This document shows positions 29,180 to 38,142 of a DNA stretch of 64,000 nt, one piece after another. The stretch is from an uncultured Gaiellaceae bacterium (GTDB lineage: Bacteria; Actinomycetota; Thermoleophilia; Gaiellales; Gaiellaceae): positions 6,359 to 70,358 of the forward strand of contig CAWBTX010000008.1 in NCBI GenBank assembly GCA_963791905.1. Direction: 5' to 3'. The notes beneath the pieces were generated by a model. That model saw only the letters and a program-made list of their open reading frames with translations, did not search any database and was not told the DNA's origin. Made by a program: the position numbers and the translations under genes. How positions within the stretch are numbered: the stretch's first letter is position 1; the number at the start of each line of letters is the position of its first letter.

Positions 29180-30019
29180 CTATGCGGGCGCGACGGCGGG
29201 TGTCCAGATCCCGGTGACGGCGGCGTTTCGCGCGTAGTCGGCGAAGTCCCGCGGCTCTCGGCCGAGGGCCCGCTGCACGCCGTCCGCCAGGTGGGCGTTG
29301 CGCCCGTCGAGCACCTCCTCGAAGAGGTAGACGAGGAGCTCGATCCATTCGTTCGGCACCGCCTGCTCCTCCAGCCCGGCGGCGAACTCCTGGATCGACA
29401 CCGGCTCGTAGCGGACCTCCCTGCCCGTCTCCTGCGCGATCTCACCGACGGCGTCGGCGAAGGTCAACAGGCGGGGGCCGGTCAGCTCGTAGACCTCGCC
29501 CACATGGCCGTCCTCGGTCAGCGCGGCGACCGCGACATCGGCGATGTCATCGGCGTCGACGAACGGCTCGGGCGTGTTCCCCGCCGGGAGCGCGAGCTCA
29601 CCCGCGAGCAGACCATCCAGGAAGTAGCTCTCGCTGAAGTTCTGGCTGAACCAGGTCGAGGCCAGAGTCGTCACCTCGGCGCCCGAACCCCGAACCGCCT
29701 GCGCCGCCTGCTCGGCTTCGGGCTCGCCGCGTCCGGAGAGGTGGACAAGCCGCGGAATGCCGTTCGCGACGGCGAGGTCCGCGAAGGAGCCGAGGATCTC
29801 CGCGGCGCCCGGGAGGGCGTCGAGGTAATGCTGCACGTAGACGGACCCGACGCCCTGAAGCGCCGGCGCCCACGTGTCCCGGTCGTCCCAGTCGAACGGC
29901 GGTTCCCCCGAGCGCACGCCCGCGCGCGTCGGGATCCCACGTGCCACGAGCCGCTCGACCACTCGACGGCCGGTCTTGCCCGTGCTGCCCAGGACGAGGA
30001 TTGGCTTCTCGGGTGACAT
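29180..30019 (-). CDS. NmrA-family NAD(P)-binding protein (atypical SDR)
   Basis: ILVLGSTGKTGRRVVERL is a Rossmann GxxGxxG motif. The length and C-terminal part are NmrA-like. Confidence 0.85.
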   Translation of the reverse strand: MSPEKPILVLGSTGKTGRRVVERLVARGIPTRAGVRSGEPPFDWDDRDTWAPALQGVGSVYVQHYLDALPGAAEILGSFADLAVANGIPRLVHLSGRGEPEAEQAAQAVRGSGAEVTTLASTWFSQNFSESYFLDGLLAGELALPAGNTPEPFVDADDIADVAVAALTEDGHVGEVYELTGPRLLTFADAVGEIAQETGREVRYEPVSIQEFAAGLEEQAVPNEWIELLVYLFEEVLDGRNAHLADGVQRALGREPRDFADYARNAAVTGIWTPAVAPA

Positions 30020-30154
30020 GTGTCCTCCTTCTCGATTTGCCTTTCGTCCAGTATTGCGTCCTCATGCGGGACTGTCTATGATTAGAAGGCGCCAATTCAT
30101 GCTCAAACGTCCACAACACTGGACGATCGAGAAGCGAGCACGCATACTGGAGCG

Positions 30155-31105
30155 ATGAGCTCGCCGGACACATGGGCGCACACTGATCCGCTCGGCCAGG
30201 CGCTCCACCTCCTCCGCATGAACGGCGCCTTCTACGCCCGCTCGGAACTGACCGCGGAGTGGGGCCTGACGCTGCCGCCGCTCGAGGACCATCTCTGGTT
30301 CCACGTCGTGACGGCGGGCGGAGGGTGGCTCGAGACGGACGGAGCAGAGGCAACGTTTCTGCGGCTCGGGGATCTCGCGGTCGTGCCCCACGGACGGGGC
30401 CACACTCTCCGGAGTGCACCGGGCGTTCCCGCGCCCGGGATTCTCGACCTCGAGCGGGAGCAAGTGAGCGACCGATACGAGATCCTCGTGCACGGTGAGG
30501 GCGGAGCGCGGACGACGCTGGTTTGCGGCGCGGTCCGCTTCGACCATCCGGCGGCCCGCAACCTCGTCGCCTCGCTCCCGGCGACGATCCATGTGGAGGC
30601 GTCGAGCTCGCCGCAGGCCGAGTGGCTGCAGAGCACCCTGCGGCTGATGGCGGCGGAGGCAAGGGAGCTGCTACCGGGCGGCGGGGAGGTGGTCACGCGG
30701 CTCGCCGACATCCTCGTCATCCAGGCGATCCGCTCGTGGATCGAGACCGATCCGGCTGCGCGTTTGGGCTGGCTCGGCGCGCTCCAGGACCGGCAGATCG
30801 GCCGTGCGATCTCCCTGATCCACCGCGAGCCGGCGCGGGAGTGGACCGTTGCCTCGCTCGCGCGGGAGATCGCGATGTCGCGCTCGGCGCTTGCGGCGCG
30901 CTTCACGGAGCTGGTGGGCGAGCCAGTCATGCAGTACGTGACCCGCTGGCGCATGCACCTCGCGCTCACCGCCCTCCGCGAGGAGGGAGTCACGGTCGGG
31001 GAGCTCGCAAACCGCCTCGGCTACCGGTCGGAAGCGGCGTTCAGCCGGGCGTTCAAGCGCGTCATCGGCGTCCCGCCCGGGGCTGTGCGACGGTCAGTGG
31101 CCTGA
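30155..31105 (+). CDS. AraC-family transcriptional regulator (cupin_6 N-terminal domain + HTH_18)
   Basis: The C-terminus reads WTVASLAREIAMSRSALAARFTELVGEPVMQYVTRWRMHLA..GYRSEAAFSRAFKR. It is divergent from the NmrA-like gene. Confidence 0.9.
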   Translation: MSSPDTWAHTDPLGQALHLLRMNGAFYARSELTAEWGLTLPPLEDHLWFHVVTAGGGWLETDGAEATFLRLGDLAVVPHGRGHTLRSAPGVPAPGILDLEREQVSDRYEILVHGEGGARTTLVCGAVRFDHPAARNLVASLPATIHVEASSSPQAEWLQSTLRLMAAEARELLPGGGEVVTRLADILVIQAIRSWIETDPAARLGWLGALQDRQIGRAISLIHREPAREWTVASLAREIAMSRSALAARFTELVGEPVMQYVTRWRMHLALTALREEGVTVGELANRLGYRSEAAFSRAFKRVIGVPPGAVRRSVA

Positions 31106-31131
31106 CGGGCCTGCTCGGCGCCTTCCTTGCG

Positions 31132-31278
31132 CTAGCTCTCCGGATACCGGACGCGATAGCGGAGGTGCGTGACCTCCAGGCCCTGCTCGGCTGACAGCCG
31201 CCCTTCGAAGCCCGTCTCGCCCGGTCCGGAGATGTATCCGTCCAGCGACATGCTCGGCCCGGTGAAGACCTTGCTCAT
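31132..31278 (-). pseudogene. remnant of a RibD_C/DHFR-like family gene (N- and C-terminal ends only)
   Basis: GGAGGA precedes the ATG at 31278. The 48-aa product MSKVFTGPSMSLDGYISGPGETGFE...LEVTHLRYRVRYPES matches the first roughly 25 and last roughly 15 residues of 180-aa RibD_C-type proteins. The middle of the protein is missing. Confidence 0.4.
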
Positions 31279-31366
31279 GTCGTCCTCCGTCGGTGTCGGT
31301 GTCGGTCCCTTCGTCTGCTCAGACGCCCCGCCGGAGCACAACTCATCGGTGCTTCCGGCCGTCGGC

Positions 31367-32182
31367 CTACCGGTCTTCTCGAGGTGTGTCGAGCGGGTGG
31401 CCCTGGTCGAGCCGGACGCCGGCGGCAGCCGCCGTGCGATTCGCCGCGCCGAGCTTGGCGTAGATGTTGTCGAGGTGCTTCTTGACGGTGCCGCGAGCGA
31501 TCACGAGCTCGGCCGCGATCTCGGCGTTCGAGGCGCCCGCCGCCGCCAGGGTCAGGACCTCGCGCTCGCGCTTGGTCAGGCCGTTCGACTCACGTTGCCG
31601 TTCGTCGTGGAGGGCCACGACGCGATCGAGGAACGACCGCACGACCTCGAGTGCGTAGCGGTCCTGCACGGAGAAGTCGCCCGAGCCTCGCGTGCAGCCG
31701 AAGTCGACGGCTCGCTCGCGCGCCACGCGGATGCGAATGCTGAGCGACGACTCGATGTCGAATGGCTTGAAGAACTCGCTGTAGATCTGCAGCCGGCGCA
31801 GCGAGCGCCGCGGGAGGAAGTCCGACAGCCGCAGCGCGCTGCCGTCGCCGGTCGCGTCCCGATACGCGAGCAGTGGGTGCTGCTCGTAGAGCTGCCACCA
31901 CCGTTCCTGCCCGCTGGCGTACGCGGCATCGACGCGGTGATCCGTCGACAGCATTGCGTTGCGACGGTCGGCGTAGTCGCAGTCCGCGCGCCAGACCGAG
32001 TCGCAGCCGATCACATCGGGCAGACCCGCGAGAAGGGTCGACGTCAGTCCGCCGCCGCCTCCACGAGCGACCGACGCGAGAGCGGCCAGCAACTCGCCGA
32101 GTGCGCGACCTGTCGAGGGGCGCAGACGGATCGAGCGGTCTTCCGCCCCGTGTGCATGGACGGCTCCCTGCGTGTGGTGCAC
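31367..32182 (-). CDS. LuxR-family transcriptional regulator
   Basis: The C-terminus [44 protein letters not shown] is a LuxR HTH. The N-terminal sensor-like domain is unassigned. Confidence 0.8.
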   Translation of the reverse strand: MHHTQGAVHAHGAEDRSIRLRPSTGRALGELLAALASVARGGGGGLTSTLLAGLPDVIGCDSVWRADCDYADRRNAMLSTDHRVDAAYASGQERWWQLYEQHPLLAYRDATGDGSALRLSDFLPRRSLRRLQIYSEFFKPFDIESSLSIRIRVARERAVDFGCTRGSGDFSVQDRYALEVVRSFLDRVVALHDERQRESNGLTKREREVLTLAAAGASNAEIAAELVIARGTVKKHLDNIYAKLGAANRTAAAAGVRLDQGHPLDTPREDR

Positions 32183-32276
32183 CTCACTTCAAAGATACGC
32201 CGGTCGGCGTATTGCGGCGAGTCACCGACGTTGCTGCCATGGAGCCGTGGAAGGCACTGACCAGGGGAGGTCGACG

Positions 32277-32903
32277 ATGTTCGCACTACATACTCGACGA
32301 CTCGCGCGCTCCGTTGCCGCGATCGTCGCCTCGATCGGGATGGGCGTGGCCGCCGCGTCCGCAGGCGCCGGCTCGGCGTCGGGGGACCACGTTGCCGCAG
32401 TCGTGACGGGAGCCGCCGGGGGTGTCTTGACCGATCCCGACGGGAACGAGTTCTCGTTCAGGTCGTTCTTCGTACGCGCCGTCCTCGGCGGCAACGGCGA
32501 AGCGACGGGCAGGGTCCGCTTCGTGTGGCGAGGCTCGTTCCCCGCGGTCTGGGGAGACCCGGTCTGCGAGGGCACGTGCGACGCGATCATCCTCGACGGT
32601 GCCGTTCAGTCAGGCTCGATTGCCGCCGACGGGACGGTGACGCTGTCGGGGACCGCACGAGAGGTCGATACGAGGCAGGGCAAGGTCGTGTTCGACTCGG
32701 GTTTCGACGAGCCGTTCTCCATCACCGTCGGCGGGTCGCTGGGCCCGGACAACTTCATCCTGCAGTGGTGCCTCTTGCCGGAGTTCGCGATCGCCGCCTC
32801 GATCAGGGTCACGGCGCTCGGTGCCGGCCAGGATCAGAGCAGCGTCATTCGTACTGAAGAGCCCGCAGCGGATCGAGCTTCGCCGCGCGGCGCGCAGGGG
32901 TGA
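32277..32903 (+). CDS. secreted hypothetical protein
   Basis: The ATG at 32277 follows GGGGAGG. The signal peptide is ARSVAAIVASIGMGVAAASAGA. The 3' end overlaps the convergent permease gene by 59 nt. Confidence 0.55.
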   Translation: MFALHTRRLARSVAAIVASIGMGVAAASAGAGSASGDHVAAVVTGAAGGVLTDPDGNEFSFRSFFVRAVLGGNGEATGRVRFVWRGSFPAVWGDPVCEGTCDAIILDGAVQSGSIAADGTVTLSGTAREVDTRQGKVVFDSGFDEPFSITVGGSLGPDNFILQWCLLPEFAIAASIRVTALGAGQDQSSVIRTEEPAADRASPRGAQG

Positions 32904-35415
32904 TCGCCGCCAGGAGCCCGGCGATCACGGCCACGATCGTGAGCACGATCAGCTGGCCGACGGGTAGCTCGAAACGGAGGTCGTACTGGCCGAGCGCGCG
33001 TGTCACGAGTGCGGCCAGGAAGATCCCGAGCGGGAGGCCGAGCGCAGCGCCGATCAGCGCCGTGATCACGCTCTCGTGGCGGATCATGCGCCGCGTCTGC
33101 CGCCGCGTCATGCCGACCGCGCGCAGCATCCCCAGCTCCCGCGTGCGCTCGAAGACGGAGAGCGCGAGCGTGTTCACCATGCCGAAGAGGCTGATGATCA
33201 CGGACAGGGCGAGCAGGACGTAGAGCAGCAGCAGGAACTGCTGGATCTCCTGATCCTCCTTCTCGATCCACTCCGGCCGCGTGAAGACGCGCGTGTCCGG
33301 AAAGTCCTCGAGCGCGCTCTCCACGCTCGGCTTCGAGGCCGCGGCCCCACTCTCGAAGTTGAGGAGGGTGAAGCGGTTGCGCGGGCGCTGGTACAGCTCG
33401 TCGAAGGCCTCCTGCGAGACGCTCGCCGTGCCGAGCAGCGGGTAGAAGGGGCTGCCCTCGTAGATGCCCCGCACGACGAACTCCTTCGTCTCGTTGTCGG
33501 TCGAGCGGACGGCCAAGGTGTCGCCGATGCCGAGGTCTCGGTCTTCGGCGACGTTGTTGGGCAGCACCGCGCCGTCGTCGCCGAGCTCCGTGAGCACCTC
33601 GTCCGAGCCCTCCTCCCAGCGGAAGCCGTACACCTGGTCGATCTCGTCGTCCAGCCCGGTCAGGTTCGCGCCGTCGCCGTCGATCTGGGCGATGTCCTGG
33701 CGGACGTTGCTCACGGTCTCGACGCCCTCGACATCGGCGACGGCGTCACCGACGGCGGCCGGGAACTCGGAATAGCCGTCCTGGGACGTGACGATCAGGT
33801 CGGACTGGATCTGGCGCTCGATCGCGTCGCTGTTCGACACGCGGAGGCCCTCCGCGAGGACGGAGATGAACGTCACGAGGGCGATGCCGATCATCAGCGC
33901 GGCGGCGGTCGCAGCCGTTCGGCCCGGGTTGCGCTGCGCGTTCCTCTCGGCGATCTGACCCGCAGCGCCGCCGAGGCGCCGCGCCGGGATGCCGACGACG
34001 CGAGCGAGCGGACGGACGAGCCGCGACGAGAGCATCGCGACGCCGATGAAAAGCGCGAGGACGCCGATCCCGAGCAGTCCGAACCGGTCGCCGATCGCGA
34101 GGTCGTCGTCGAGCGTCCCGTAGCCGAGCGCGAGGACCGCGAGCACCACGATCGCGGCGGCGATGTACGGCGTGAAGCGGGCGAAGCGCCCGCGCGGCAT
34201 CGTCGCCCCTTCTCGTACCGCGGCGATGGGCGGGACCCGCGTCGCGCGGATCGCCGGGAAGAGGCCGGCGACGAGCGTCACGAGCGTCCCCACCAGCAGC
34301 GAGACCACGATCGTGCGAGTCGCGAAGACGGTCTCCGTCTGCGGCAGCTCGAGATTCAGTGCCTTGAAAAGCTCGCTCAGGCCGACGGCGAGGCCGAGGC
34401 CGCAAAAGAGGCCGACGATCGAGGCGCTGAGGCCGATCACGAGCGCCTCGAGGATCACGGAGCGCAGCACCTGGCGCCGCGAGGCACCGAGCGTGCGCAG
34501 GGTGGCGAACTCCCGCATCCGCTGCGCCACCGTGATCGAGAGCGTGTTGAAGATGACGAACGCCCCGACGAAGAGCGCGATGCCGGCGAACGAGAGCAGG
34601 AAGTAGCGGATGATCGTGGTGAAGGTGGCGATCTCGCTGGACTGCTCGTCCGCCTCCTCGACGCCCGTGCGGACGGTGACGTCGTCGCCGAGCTCCGACT
34701 GGATCCGTTGCGTCAGCTGCTCGGGCGACGTCCCCGTCTCCGCGGCCGCCTGGATCGCGTCGAGCTGGCCTTCCTTCTCCAGCAGCTGCTGCGCCGTCGG
34801 CAGGTCGAAGATCGCGAAGGTCGCGCTGCCGATCGAGCTCAGGTCGCCGTACTTGGCGATGCCGACGATCTCGAACTCCTCCGCCGGCCCGAGCGCGGCG
34901 ACGCCGATCCGGTCTCCGAGCTTCAGGTCCTCGTCGTCGGCGACGCCCTCGTCGACCGCGACCTCGTCGTCGCCGCGGGGCCAGCGGCCCTCGACGAGGT
35001 TGAGCGGGTTGAAGCGGTCGTACTCGGGCGCCGTCTCGACGCCGAACGCGAACGACGGCGAGCCGCCGGTGTCGATCTCCTCGCCGTCGGGTCGCAGGAG
35101 CTTCGTCCGAAAGTCCGTGACCGAGCCGGCCGCGACGTCGACGCCGTCGACCTCGCGGACGCGGTCGAGCGTGTCCTCCGGGATCGGCGGCGCCTGGGCA
35201 GACTCGCCCTCGAAGCTGAAGCCCGGGTCCTTGCCGGTCACGACGGCGTCCGTGCCGGCGTACGAGTCGACGAAGATCGCGTCGAACGCCTTGTCGATGG
35301 TGTCCGTGAGGACGTAGGCGCCGCTCATCATCGCGACGCCGAGCACGATCGCGAGCGCGGTGAGCGTCGTGCGCAGCTTGCGGCCGGACAGGCTCTTGAG
35401 CGCGAACTTGATCAT
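32845..35415 (-). CDS. ABC-transporter permease with two FtsX domains (YbbP/MacB-like, 856 aa)
   Basis: MIKFALKSLSGRKLRTTLTALAIVLGVAMMSG is a typical FtsX-family N-terminus. A second FtsX repeat (RNPGRTAATAAALMIGIALVT..) is present. REFATLRTLGASRRQV and RELGMLRAVGMTRRQT are amphipathic-helix motifs. Confidence 0.9.
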   Translation of the reverse strand: MIKFALKSLSGRKLRTTLTALAIVLGVAMMSGAYVLTDTIDKAFDAIFVDSYAGTDAVVTGKDPGFSFEGESAQAPPIPEDTLDRVREVDGVDVAAGSVTDFRTKLLRPDGEEIDTGGSPSFAFGVETAPEYDRFNPLNLVEGRWPRGDDEVAVDEGVADDEDLKLGDRIGVAALGPAEEFEIVGIAKYGDLSSIGSATFAIFDLPTAQQLLEKEGQLDAIQAAAETGTSPEQLTQRIQSELGDDVTVRTGVEEADEQSSEIATFTTIIRYFLLSFAGIALFVGAFVIFNTLSITVAQRMREFATLRTLGASRRQVLRSVILEALVIGLSASIVGLFCGLGLAVGLSELFKALNLELPQTETVFATRTIVVSLLVGTLVTLVAGLFPAIRATRVPPIAAVREGATMPRGRFARFTPYIAAAIVVLAVLALGYGTLDDDLAIGDRFGLLGIGVLALFIGVAMLSSRLVRPLARVVGIPARRLGGAAGQIAERNAQRNPGRTAATAAALMIGIALVTFISVLAEGLRVSNSDAIERQIQSDLIVTSQDGYSEFPAAVGDAVADVEGVETVSNVRQDIAQIDGDGANLTGLDDEIDQVYGFRWEEGSDEVLTELGDDGAVLPNNVAEDRDLGIGDTLAVRSTDNETKEFVVRGIYEGSPFYPLLGTASVSQEAFDELYQRPRNRFTLLNFESGAAASKPSVESALEDFPDTRVFTRPEWIEKEDQEIQQFLLLLYVLLALSVIISLFGMVNTLALSVFERTRELGMLRAVGMTRRQTRRMIRHESVITALIGAALGLPLGIFLAALVTRALGQYDLRFELPVGQLIVLTIVAVIAGLLAAITPARRAAKLDPLRALQYE

Positions 35416-35435
35416 CAGGCGCCAGCGTACGTCGT

Positions 35436-35996
35436 CTACGAGCCGTAGCGCGGCGGCTCGCCGTGGATCGCCGCGAGGCACGCGTCGAAGGCGACCTCCC
35501 GGTAGGCGCGCGCGTACGTCTTCCGCACGACCGCGCGCACCGCCTCCTCGACCGTCAACCCGCGCGGGTCGAGGCCGTACTCCTGGACGAGCTGTGCGAC
35601 GGTCAGGCCGAGGCAGGTCGAGTACTCCAGGACGTAGATCTCGATCTCGTCGGCGCTCAGCGGCGGCTCTTGCTCGTGCTGGTGGCTGGTCCTCCAGAGC
35701 CCGTCGCGGCAGCCCTGAAAGGAGGTTTCGCGCAGCCGGACGTCGGGCTGGTTCCGGCGCGCCCAGCTTCGCGCCGCCGCCTCTGGAGTAGACCCGGTCG
35801 TGCCGAACTCGTAGGCGAGGCTCGTCAGCGAGTGGCCGCCGCACGCCGCCCGGGCGTTGTCGTACGCGAGCGGACGCACCGCCGCCACGTAGTCGTACGT
35901 CGTCTGCGGCCCGGCGTCCGGCGCTTCTCCGCCACCGCAACCGACCAGCGTCAGCACGGCGAGCAGGACGAGCCCGATCCGGCGATCGAGGCACAT
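35436..35996 (-). CDS. lipoprotein, hypothetical
   Basis: The ATG at 35996 gives MCLDRRIGLVLLAVLTLVGCGGG, with an LVGC lipobox. It lies immediately upstream of the FtsX permease gene. Confidence 0.65.
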   Translation of the reverse strand: MCLDRRIGLVLLAVLTLVGCGGGEAPDAGPQTTYDYVAAVRPLAYDNARAACGGHSLTSLAYEFGTTGSTPEAAARSWARRNQPDVRLRETSFQGCRDGLWRTSHQHEQEPPLSADEIEIYVLEYSTCLGLTVAQLVQEYGLDPRGLTVEEAVRAVVRKTYARAYREVAFDACLAAIHGEPPRYGS

Positions 35997-36001
35997 GCCA
36001 C

Positions 36002-37021
36002 GTGCATTATCCACCCGGGAGCGCGGTTCCATCGACCGAGTTTCCGGGCGATACTTCGTCCGTGATCGTCGACTGCGCGGTGTACGAGCAGGGCCAGCGG
36101 CGGGAGGGCGAGCTGGCGCTGGAGGACGCCTACGAGGCCCTCGGCCCGGACGCGTTCGTCTGGATCGGCCTCTACGAGCCGAGCGAGCGCGAGTTCGACT
36201 CGGTCCGGCGCGAGTTCGACCTGCACGAGCTGGCCGTCGAGGACGCGATCAACGCCCACCAGCGGCCCAAGCTCGAGATCTACGGCGACACGCTCTTCCT
36301 CGTGCTGAAGACGGCGCGCTGGGAGCACAACGACGTCCAGCTCGGCGAGATCCTTCTGTTCGTCGGCGAGGGGTTCATCGTCTCCGTGCGCCACGGCGAG
36401 ACCGCGTTGCACGACGTCCGCCTCCGGCTCGAGGAGCGTCCGGATCTGCTCCGGTGCGGCCCGGGCGCAGCGCTCCACGCGATCGTCGACAGGGTCGTCG
36501 ACGACTACGAGCCCGTCGTCGAGCAGCTCGAGGCGGCGATCAAGGAAGTCGAGACGGAGGTCTTCTCGAGCGCACGGATCAACCCGGCGGAGCGGATCTA
36601 CACGCTGAAGCGGGAGGTCCTCGAGGTGCACAGCGCCGTCGTCCCGCTGCTCGGGCCCGTCCAGGAGCTCGCGAGCGTGCCGCGCCGCCACGTCAACGAG
36701 GAGATCAGGCCCTACTTCCGCGACGTGCACGACCACATCCTGCGTGTGGTCGGGCAGGTGCAGGAGTTCCGCGAGCTCCTGATGAGCGTCCTCACCGCGA
36801 ACCTGACCCAGACGACGGTGCGCCAGAACGAGGACGTGCGGAAGATCTCGGCGTGGGCCGCGATCGTGGCCGTGCCGACGATGATCGCCGGCATCTACGG
36901 GATGAACTTCGAGCACATGCCCGAGCTCGAATGGCGAATCGGCTACCCGCTCGTGCTCGCCGTGATCGGCGTCGCCTGCCTCGTGCTCTACCGGGCGTTC
37001 CGGCGCGCCGGCTGGCTCTAA
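36002..37021 (+). CDS. corA: CorA-family magnesium/cobalt transporter
   Basis: YGMNFEHMPE contains the GMN motif, and two C-terminal TM helices are present. An alternative start is the GTG at 36062 (MIVDCAVYEQG). Confidence 0.9.
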   Translation: MHYPPGSAVPSTEFPGDTSSVIVDCAVYEQGQRREGELALEDAYEALGPDAFVWIGLYEPSEREFDSVRREFDLHELAVEDAINAHQRPKLEIYGDTLFLVLKTARWEHNDVQLGEILLFVGEGFIVSVRHGETALHDVRLRLEERPDLLRCGPGAALHAIVDRVVDDYEPVVEQLEAAIKEVETEVFSSARINPAERIYTLKREVLEVHSAVVPLLGPVQELASVPRRHVNEEIRPYFRDVHDHILRVVGQVQEFRELLMSVLTANLTQTTVRQNEDVRKISAWAAIVAVPTMIAGIYGMNFEHMPELEWRIGYPLVLAVIGVACLVLYRAFRRAGWL

Positions 37022-37186
37022 GAGCTCGATTCAAAGTGAACGCCATCACCGCTCTGGCACGCTCGGCGGCCCGTGGCGGCGTCCTCGGTCGCGCCCGTAT
37101 CTCATTCGATACGGCCGCTCCCTGCGTCCTTGCCACGCACCACCGATCGCACCAGATCGGCGGGGCGTCACTCTGAACCGAGCTCT
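37021..37186. repeat. 19-nt imperfect inverted repeats bracketing a 128-bp hairpin-rich intergenic segment
   Basis: AGAGCTCGATTCAAAGTGA (37021..37039) pairs with TCACTCTGAACCGAGCTCT (37168..37186) at 17 of 19 positions. Inner hairpins are CCGTATC/GATACGG and CCGATC/GATCGG. Confidence 0.5.
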
Positions 37187-37223
37187 AGGAGCTGCACGCG
37201 GCCGGACCGCGTTACGATGCCGT

Positions 37224-37655
37224 ATGGCCCAGATCGCAGAGATCCTCGACGCGAAGGGCCGCGATGTGATCCGCATCGCGAGCGAGGCAACCGTGTTCGA
37301 CGCGGTGAAGCTCATGGTCGAGCGCAACGTCGGCGCGCTCCTCGTCACGGACGGCGAGGAGATCACCGGCATCTTCACGGAGCGTGACTACCTGCGCCGC
37401 ATCGCGGTCGAGGGTCGCCGGTCGCGCGACACGCTCGTCCGCGAGGTGATGTCGTCGCCCGTGATCGTGATCACGCCGGACGTGTCCGTCGAGGAGGGCA
37501 TGGCGATGATGAGCGAGCGGCGGATCCGGCATCTCCCCGTCGTCGACGAGGGCTCGGTCGCCGGCATGATCTCGATCGGCGACCTCGTCAGGCACCAGTC
37601 GCGGCTCCAGACCTTCCAGATCCAGTACCTGACCGACTACATCACGGCGCGCTGA
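37224..37655 (+). CDS. CBS-domain pair protein
   Basis: 143 aa with two CBS repeats (VFDAVKLMVERNVGALLVTD and VEEGMAMMSERRIRHLPVVD). Confidence 0.9.
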   Translation: MAQIAEILDAKGRDVIRIASEATVFDAVKLMVERNVGALLVTDGEEITGIFTERDYLRRIAVEGRRSRDTLVREVMSSPVIVITPDVSVEEGMAMMSERRIRHLPVVDEGSVAGMISIGDLVRHQSRLQTFQIQYLTDYITAR

Positions 37656-38105
37656 CCGACACGCCGAACATCTGGCGTGACGAGTGGGAGTTCGAGAGCG
37701 CGGAGGAGTGGGCCGCGGACCGCTCGACCCGTCTCCCCCGCGGCGACCGGATCGGTGCCACGGTCTACGAGCTCGACCCGGGCGGAACGAGCGGCCTCTA
37801 TCACTTCCACCACGGCGCCGAGGAGCTGCTCGTCGTGCTCCGCGGCCGTCCCACGCTGCGAGCGCCCGCTGGCGAGCGGGAGCTGGACGAGGGCGAGACG
37901 GTGCTCTTTCCGATCGGCTCCGGACGGCGCTCATCAGCTCCTCAACCACACCGACGCGCCCGTCCGCTACCTGATGGCGAGCAACCGGCCCTCGCCGGAC
38001 GCGGTCGAGTATCCGGACACCCGGCAGCTGTCCGTCATGGCCTTCACCGAGTCGCAGCTCGGCCGGCCGTTGTGGGACATCCGGACGCTTGACGAGCAGA
38101 CTTAG
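37652..38105 (+). CDS. cupin-domain protein, frame broken near 37913-37920; start codon unclear (possibly CTG at 37652)
   Basis: PNIWRDEWEFE..GATVYELDPGGTSGLYHFHHGAEELLVVLRGRPTLRAPAGERELDEGETVLFPIG continues in the +1 frame as PDGAHQLLNHTDAPVRYLMAS... No ATG, GTG or TTG lies in frame near the conserved N-terminus. Confidence 0.6.
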
Positions 38106-38127
38106 TGTTGTTTCAACACTAAGTCTG
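38097..38127. terminator. AT-rich perfect hairpin between convergent genes
   Basis: CAGACTTAGTGTT-gtttc-AACACTAAGTCTG forms a 13-bp stem. The TAG stop of the cupin gene (38103..38105) lies inside the left arm. Confidence 0.6.
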
Positions 38128-38142
38128 CTCTTGCTTAGCCGC

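Noticed and set aside
29083-32182. A possible genomic island integrated at tRNA-Cys, suggested by the regulator-rich stretch and a collapsed gene remnant downstream.
   Set aside because: I saw no integrase, recombinase or transposase, no obvious direct repeat of the tRNA 3' end, and no compositional break I can detect by eye. The evidence is insufficient to call an island.
33076-35448. Very long ORFs in the supplied track on the strand or frame opposite to recognisable genes (also 6409..8295, 21304..23265, 27153..28856, 38465..41146, 46347..48446, 59307..62963, 54065..55999).
   Set aside because: Their translations are Arg/Pro/Gly/Asp-rich low-complexity strings with no family resemblance. 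Each overlaps a clearly conserved gene in another frame. This is the typical stop-codon-poor antisense artefact of about 70% GC DNA.
37022-37223. A known riboswitch (M-box or c-di-AMP ydaO type) in the corA/CBS spacer.
   Set aside because: I could not find the conserved core sequences of either class by eye. The element also lies after corA rather than in its leader. An Infernal scan is needed before any call.
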